The notes below the pieces were generated by a model. It was not told the origin of the DNA. It ran no database searches and saw only the letters and a list, made by a program, of their open reading frames with translations. This document shows positions 54,356 to 64,000 of a stretch of DNA of 64,000 nt, one piece after another (position 1 is the stretch's first letter; each line of letters opens with the position of its first letter). The stretch is from Eledone cirrhosa (Eukaryota). The translations under genes and the position numbers were made by a program. Location of the stretch: NCBI GenBank assembly GCA_964016885.1, contig OZ024741.1:90148001-90212000 (forward strand), written 5' to 3'.

Positions 54356-55322
54356 TAATGTATTTAACGTTTGTTTACGTTTTCACACACACACACACAT
54401 ACACATATGTACATGTATATGTGTTTGCAGAGTATTGACGTTGATCAGGAAACAGATTACTCTTGCCAATTCTTCACAAATGTATTATTTTAAACATAGT
54501 GTTTACAGTTATTTGCAACAGAGATACTTGAAAAAGCAAAAAAAAATCCTTAAAAAAACAAAACAATTGTCATTTTTCATCGCAGAACTTTTCATAGAAT
54601 ACTTTTGTAAATTTATTTTGTATAATGATATTTTTTTCTCAACTGTCGCTTGATTTGTAATTGTTTAACGGTCAACCAAGAAAAACTCAAACAAAAACAC
54701 AGGAACTAAACAACAATCTTCGATACTGTGATCACACGACTGAAGGACAATACAACTGCATATGATGCTGTTAATAATAAAATAAATAATTACCTGCTAG
54801 CTGCAGCACCTAAAGTATAGAAATGGTACAAGTAGAAATTTTTAATTTTCTGGTACTCTTTTTATTTATAGATGATAAGTCTATTTTAAATATATTTCTA
54901 GATGATAAGTCTATTTTTGTTGTACATGACTTGTTTTGCGAACAGGCTTAATATTCGGTTTCCATATATTTCTTATTAATGCTTAAAATGATACTTTGTG
55001 TTTATACTGTCGGTATTCACGTAAAGTTTCGACTCTATTACATACATTGAAACAAATTCTGTATTAATTATTAATGAGTGTGTGATGCGGTAAATAAATA
55101 TATACATACACACCAGGTCCAAACACAAAGGAACCAAACTCTCACTGTCATTGCTTCCGTCTCTCTCGCTCTACCCAGCTCTCACTTTTATGAGCAAATG
55201 GGGGCCCATTCCAGCTCGTGTGAGGTTTTTCAGAAAATTGTCCCATAACACATAATATATTTTAATTCATGTTTTAATGCATAAGGTTCTGGAACGACTT
55301 AAAATCGTTACTAAAGTGTCAA

Positions 55323-55384
<62 letters not shown>

Positions 55385-58300
55385 AGTTGCATAACAGAAA
55401 ATGCGACGTGTATGTTCGTGCGGTTAAAGTTTATGGGAAAGTGTACAAAGTGTGTGTGTGTGTGTGTGAGGGGGAGAGAGACGGGGAGAAAATAAAGATA
55501 GAGTGGAGGGGGGACGGTGACAGAAGCGTGGGTAGGGGAGAGACGTTTTAAACAACAAGAACAGCAACAACGTTGATTACTGACCTCTATTCGGTGAGAT
55601 ACGTTGTAGATAATCATTTGACTAATTAAACTTAGCTTAATTTCTTGTTCATTTAAATCAGTCAGTGGGTGGCGGGTGAGAGGAGGCATCATTTCAAAAA
55701 TAGTTAACACTCAACAAATGTAATATTACTCATCTACATTGTAATTTATAGATTTGTGTTTTCCCTGAAATTCGAAAGTGCCTCATCACAGATAAACTAT
55801 ATCTTGTAGCAAAATTCCGTCCACGTCTAGGATGCTTTATAATTCCTTCTAGCAATAGTACAAGGTCGGAAATTAGGTGAAGAGGGGAAAGTCGATTATA
55901 TTGACCCAGTACTTAACTGGTAATTTATTCTATCGATCGCGGAAGGATGGAAAGCAAAATTGACCGTGATAAGATTTGAACTGAGAACGTAGAAAGTCGT
56001 AACTAAAAATAGCCCAGCATTTCGTCCAACGCTATACAGATACTGCCAGTCCATCGTGATCTCATGCTTTATAATTATATTAGATCAACCCAGTCATAAC
56101 TGGTGTTTTATTCTTCCCGGATGGGTGACAAAAAGAATTGTAATCTATTACAAATCCGTTCACATCTAAGATAGTTTATCAGAATTTTAAAATCGACTTT
56201 AGTACTTAACTGGTATTTTATTTTATCGACCCCAATACAATCAATTTGTGGTAAAGTGGATACCAGTGAAACATGAACTCAGAACGTAAAGCGTCGGAAT
56301 TAAATACAGCGACACATTCTGTTTTGTTCTACCCGCTACCGATTTGGCCAAGCTGGAAATAAATTTGGCTGCATGTCAGAATCGTTAAAGCACCAGATAA
56401 AACATCTTAGTGATATTTATGAGGTCATGACTATAACTTTAAGAACAATTTCCTATATATGTGTAGCAATAATATTCACTTCTATCGTGTGGTAGTTAAT
56501 TAACGTGGTTGACTTTCTATGTGCCTAAAAGGAGAGTTTCTGGAATTCAATAATTTCAAGTACTGTAAGTTCAAATCCCACTGAGGCCAAACTTTGCCTT
56601 TGCCTTTTTACCGTTTAACTACGAGTGAAAAATACAGCGCTGCTGTTCTGACAGTAGGCTAAGTGTAGTGAAGAATGTTACATTTGTACAGGGTATTATC
56701 GCTAATTTTATTATCTACAGTAGTGCCGAGCCCACTAGGAAGCCTCTGTGCGATTACTTGATCTGCTAGGTTTCGTAGCCAAATCCACCTCTACTCACAC
56801 CCCCATTGTCTTAAAAGAGGGACGAACACGTTGAACAATGTAATAGTCCATGATCTATAAAAAGTCTGTGACCATCTCTCGATTCTGCTATCCTGCAACT
56901 TCTAATAATGATTTCTAATTTAGGAACAAGGCCGACAATTTGTAGAGAGGGGTTAAAGTCGATGACATCGATTCCAGTATGTAACTGGTGTTTTGTTTTA
57001 TCGACACCGGAAGGAAGAAAGGCAATGTTAACCTCGACGGGATTTGAACCGAGAACGTAGAAAATCGTAACTAAATACCGAAAATCATATTGTCCGATAT
57101 TCTACCGATACTGAAACCCACCGCCATATTATTATGAATACAGTATGTCAAAAGCCGGAATAAATACCACAAAACTGACAATAGTTTCTTTATTGACCAC
57201 GACTTAGAACCAAGTTGGCAGAAACGATAGAGCACCATTTTATATATGTGGCTTCTCATAATTTCAGTTTTCTAATTTGTCGTTACAGTTGTCTTCTCTC
57301 CTCCACCTCAAACACTGTGATGTTGATAAAATGCACTGCGTCTATTCAATCAAATGTCGATACTACACTCTCTTGTACAAAAACTGTCATACCTTTAATA
57401 AGAAACATACTTATATGCATATGTTTGTTTGTAGGAGTCTAGGTGTATTTATGCGTGTCTATAGATGTTTATGTCTGCTCGTGTGTGAGTTTGCAAGTGT
57501 TACTGACCGATGCCTATACGATGTATAAAAAGTACACCCCATTATATATCTTTGAAGAAGGAAAAAATTTACATTATTTTCACCTTGGGATACACCTACC
57601 AAAACACATTATACATTTGTTCAAAACATCGCTCTCTTCAATATGAAGGTAGATAAAAGAGTACATTTATTTCAACCTAGAGCACAGAACTATTTATTCA
57701 TATATTGCAAATACACTTTATATTATAGATTTTATCCTTCCTGGACCAATAAAATGGAATGGATCTTCGTCGGTTTTGACGATGATTGTTTCAGTTGTTC
57801 GATCAACAGAACAACCAGTTCATAAAATTGAAGTGCAAATGGCTGAGCACTCCACAGACACGTGTACCCATAATGTAACTCTCGTGGAGATTTAGTGTGA
57901 CACGGTGTTTGACAAGGCTGGCTCTTTGAAGTATAGGTACAGTCTAATCCATCAGGATTCCAAACAATTTACATCGACTCAACTTCATACACAAGGCACG
58001 GGGCGGTTCGAGGCTATGATAAATGATACCTGCTCAAGATATCAGGCAGTGGGATGATACATGGGACTTACTGTTAGCGAACTCTTTAACCATTCGGCCA
58101 TGTTGCGTGGACACCAATAAAATAAATATCGATTTCACAACACATTGCCTAATACCACTCTTGCCAATCTCTAAACACCCAAACGGGGAGTACCATGAAA
58201 AAAAGTGCCCGAAATAAGGCAAAATAGGGAGATTTTACGTAATGAAAGCTATAGCCATTTTCACAAGAGAAGAGATATCTCACCCACTCCAAAATGGATG

Positions 58301-59418
58301 GGAGATCTCCCCGTCGGACGGGGAAAGTTGACAGGTCTGCAATACAGACCTAAAAACTATTTAAAAAAAAATTAATTTGCCGGTTTCAGTCATTAGCTTA
58401 CTGTTCTGCAATAGCACATCTTTCTATTATTTATCGAACGGTTGAGTTAATCTATTTATGAAAAGTTACTTCCCTTTAGTAGTGTAAGTTTTTAGTGCAG
58501 GAGTGTACACAATCACACACATTTGTATTGCTCACAAAATATTGTTCAATTCGAAATGATAGAAGATACTTGCTCAAGGTGTCCCCGCAGTAGTTGTATA
58601 GAAGCCGGAACAATGTAGTTTACAAGGCGAATCGCACAGCCATGTCTGCCACTTAGGACTGAAAAAAACAAAGCCATTGTGGTCTCAGTTGGAACCCCTC
58701 GGATGATACGTCAGCACGATCAAATTTCTGCCGGTGCTATCCAACAACAAAAATAACATTAAAAGCGAACGAGACAGCCTCTATGCAGTCATTCAAACGG
58801 CTAAAAAAAGCAGTCAAATCTTCAGTATATTACACTCAACCATCTTCAAAAACAGAACACATTGAATAAAAGTAGTCTTAGTTACACTGTTTTGAAATTG
58901 TAACCCCCCCACCCTAAAAAAAAAAAAAGTTGGGGAGTTAAGGTTGAAAAGTATTTAAACATAGATCAGTGAGATCTCGTAAAACATGAAGAAAGGCATC
59001 ACATAAAAATACTATGTCGCAGTTCTAGAATAACAGACTTTTATGTAAAGCAGACATTATAATGCTTTGTCGCATTGAATAGCATTTGTAAAAAGAAACA
59101 GAAAAGAAATAACAAAAACATAAAAAGTGTACTAATATTCACAGAAACTAAATTATACTATACAGAAGTTGGTTTATATATTCAGTAAAAATATTAATAT
59201 AAATGATAAAAAATTCAATTTATTTAATTTTTCTTTCACTTCATCTGATAATGCCTCGCACTAAGGTCATGATTTTACTATTTGAATTACATTTTTCGAT
59301 TGGTGTGATTCTCTCACATTCTTCAGATCACACACATATATATATATACATCTCTCTCTGTATATATATATGTGTGTATATATATGTGTGTGTATATATG
59401 TATATATATATATGTGTG

Positions 59419-59472
<54 letters not shown>

Positions 59473-59857
59473 TGTGTGTATGTATATATATATATATATA
59501 TATGTATGTATATATATAGTGCGTATGTATATATTATTAATTTAAAGAGTGGTGAAGTGCATACCATACATAATATATTATTTGTGAGGCGGGAAACTAA
59601 AACCTAGAGGAAATTGTTGACGACTCTCAAGGTAGAAAAAAAATAATTCATGAATTTCTCAACTTAATTTATATGATAGAAAAAGACAGTTTGATATATG
59701 ATGCATGAAAGTCATATATCTGTTAGACACGCAGTGACTAACAACATAATATTTTAAGTCTGCATGTCTTACATAATATGCGTATTTTGTGAATAAAAAA
59801 TTCAAGGGGTCTCGCTGGCTGTGGTGATCCCTGCCAAACATCTTTTGTAATGAATCA

Positions 59858-60045
59858 TCTTATTGGCTAATTTCATCGTCTTATTGGCTAATTTCATCGT
59901 CTTATTGGCTAATCAACCAATGAGAGCAATTGTTGCTCAAAAGCATCCACCACTTTGTTTGCACGTTTATTTATCGTTTCACTTTCGAATCTTCCTCCTG
60001 TATTTCCTCGTGTATCATCAAAATATTTTTCTCGTTTTGGTAAGT
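59858..60045 (+). promoter_or_regulatory. Candidate Pol II promoter: tandem CCAAT boxes followed by a short exon and a splice donor
   Basis: ATTGG at 59862, 59883 and 59904 (21-bp tandem unit), CCAAT at 59917, and G|GTAAGT at 60040. Motif evidence only. Confidence 0.3.
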
Positions 60046-60969
60046 TATATTGTTAATTTATATATGATTTTTAAAATTTATATTAACTATTTTTTTCAGT
60101 TCGTTATAACATGCTTATAATATTGGTTGTATCATATTTACTTGTATATTTGTCCATATTATTATTCGTTTTATGTTAGATTATGTTATTATTATTATGT
60201 TAGATTATTTTTTTATTATTATGTTAGACTATTTGTATGTAATATTTAATTTTTATTAATTCAACTATAACAATTATTATGTAAAATATATTTATTTAAT
60301 ATTGATTATTTTTTGTAGTTATTTATATTAAAAGTCTGAAAATATTTTTATACATCTTACAATAATATTTATAAGATCATTTATAAAATAATAATTATAT
60401 AATCTAATTACATTACAACGATAATTTATTATTATATATATCATGTTTAACTAGAGTTATTACAAGCGTTGCCTTAAAAAATATTAAACTAGACCTGAAA
60501 AATGCCCTTGCACTCCCAGTTCCACCGCCCCTAATATATATAAACTTCTATATGTGATCATAGATAATTTGCATAAGTAAACACAAAATCAAAGATAGCT
60601 CAGGAGTGCCAACATTTTAAATTTTGTTATAAATGATAGATTGATGTACACATCAAATGATAATTTTGTCTCATTTTCCCTTTGAGTGAAAGACAGAAAA
60701 AAAAGCACGGAGGAAATGTTTAATGACTTTCAAGGAGAGGATGGAATAATTGTAAGAAATTGAATCTTCATTTCTCGAGTTAAAGTATATGCCAAGGAAA
60801 GGGTAACTGTTGTTAGGTTTTTTACACCGCTCTTCCCCCTCAGGACCAGAGGGTAATTAAAACAGAAAAAAACTTTGAATTTAAATTTATTGTGAACAGC
60901 GTTCAGTACAACGCTATATAAGTTAATTACCTAAATTTATGTACCCTTCAGTGATTTCTTTTAGCTCTG

Positions 60970-62812
<1,843 letters not shown>

Positions 62813-62816
<4 letters not shown>

Positions 62817-63648
62817 TGTTATACTTTGGGAGGGTCATGTTGCCAATAAGAAACACACGCACCAGTTGCTTTCACTTCAATTTATTATATATTTATAATT
62901 TTATAAATTTACAAATCTACAAACCTATAAATTTCTGGTTGGTTGGTTGGTTCCACAACCAGATAGTTGTTTATATATAGTCATAGTCCTTTCGTCACAC
63001 ACTCTGTGACCTCTTCAGTGACTGGGGATTCCTTTCTTTGTTTCTGTGCCTTTCCTTTCTTCTATCCTACGCCATTTTGTTTCTGTGTGTGTGTGTTGTG
63101 TGCTCAGTTTGCACATGCGCCACATCCGGGTGTCTGTGTGTGTTTGTGTTCATTTATCTATTTGTTTATTTATTTATTTATTTATTGGTTGTTTGTTCTA
63201 TGTGTGTGTGTGTTTTCATTTTGTCCTTAATTGTAAGTTGTGATGTTGCTGTTCCACTCATATTTTCTATTTAATTTTGGTTGTAATTCTTTTATGCTTA
63301 CTGCCTCTGTAATTTGCCTAAACATTGCGTCTTTTCTGTGTGTGGATTCTATTTTTATTTCTATGTTCTCCAATCTACCCCTGTGTTCCATCTCAGCATG
63401 TTGGTAGAGCACAGATGACTCCCCACTATCCCGAAGGTCCCGCCAGTGCTCACCCACCCGTTCCCCTACACTACGAGCCGTCTCACCCATGCACACCACA
63501 TTTCTGCTTCTACATTGTCCCTCAGTACATCCCATGCCATACACTACACCTCCAGTTTCACAGTCAATATGGGGGCTTATTTTACAGGTTATACATTTCC
63601 CATCTATACATGAGGGTCTTTGGAACGGGTATGTCTTGCTAATAAGTG
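62813..63648 (-). mobile_element. Family A PLE 3' segment (GIY-YIG + pLTR), A-to-G hypermutated. Probably the inverted 5' repeat of an element continuing on + beyond 63650.
   Basis: Colinear with 1-562 and with the reverse complement of 1356-1957. ORF 63227..63766 has VVCMGETARSVGERVGEH. Confidence 0.9.
62980..63022 (-). ncRNA. Minimal hammerhead ribozyme, family A pLTR
   Basis: Reverse complement: gtca-CTGAAGA-g-gtcaca(gagtg)tgtgac-GAAA-ggac-TA-tgac. Confidence 0.78.
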
Positions 63649-64000
63649 CAATAGCAACATACCCAGAAACAACAACAACAGACACGCAGACACAAACAAC
63701 AATAACAACACACACAACAACGATAACACACACGGAGACAACAACAACACACGTCAACAACAACACACATCAACAACAACAACACACACGCATTCAATGC
63801 CTCTCACCACCACCACAATCTTAACAAACACACAGACACAGAAAACAAGTAATGACAGTAGCACAGAAATCAGAGAAATAAGGGAAAGTAATAAGATTAA
63901 AAGGAAAAGGAGATGGGAGACTAAGGACAAAGAGAATAACCAAGACGAACACACAGACACACAAAATAGGGTAGATAACAACATTGAGCCAGTGGAAAGA
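63649..64000 (+). mobile_element. Probable N-terminal low-complexity coding region of a PLE body on the + strand
   Basis: A/C-rich Thr/Asn/Gln-coding sequence then a charged stretch, starting abruptly at the inversion junction. Composition resembles 7560-8060. No diagnostic motif inside the window. Confidence 0.4.

Overview
AT-rich, repeat-dominated animal DNA, most likely an octopus/cephalopod judging from the SINE families and microsatellite load. No host protein-coding exon could be identified, so the window looks intergenic or deep-intronic. It holds four Penelope-like retroelement (PLE) copies from two families. One (5811-11737) is near full length, with an intact RT + GIY-YIG ORF and an inverted 5' pseudo-LTR. 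Also present are RTE-clade and CRE-clade non-LTR fragments, Helitron pieces, TIR MITEs with 5- and 6-bp target duplications, many tRNA-derived SINEs, and kilobase (TA)n arrays. Two signals stand out. First, the PLE copy at about 63.2-63.65 kb carries a dense one-directional A-to-G hypermutation on its sense strand, consistent with an ADAR-edited RNA having been reverse-transcribed into the genome. Second, about ten minimal hammerhead ribozyme motifs from several families occur, including an apparent U3-A8 compensatory core variant and an ORF-less, retrozyme-like family. All alignments and counts were done by eye and are approximate. Almost all low-complexity ORFs in the supplied track are microsatellite artefacts.
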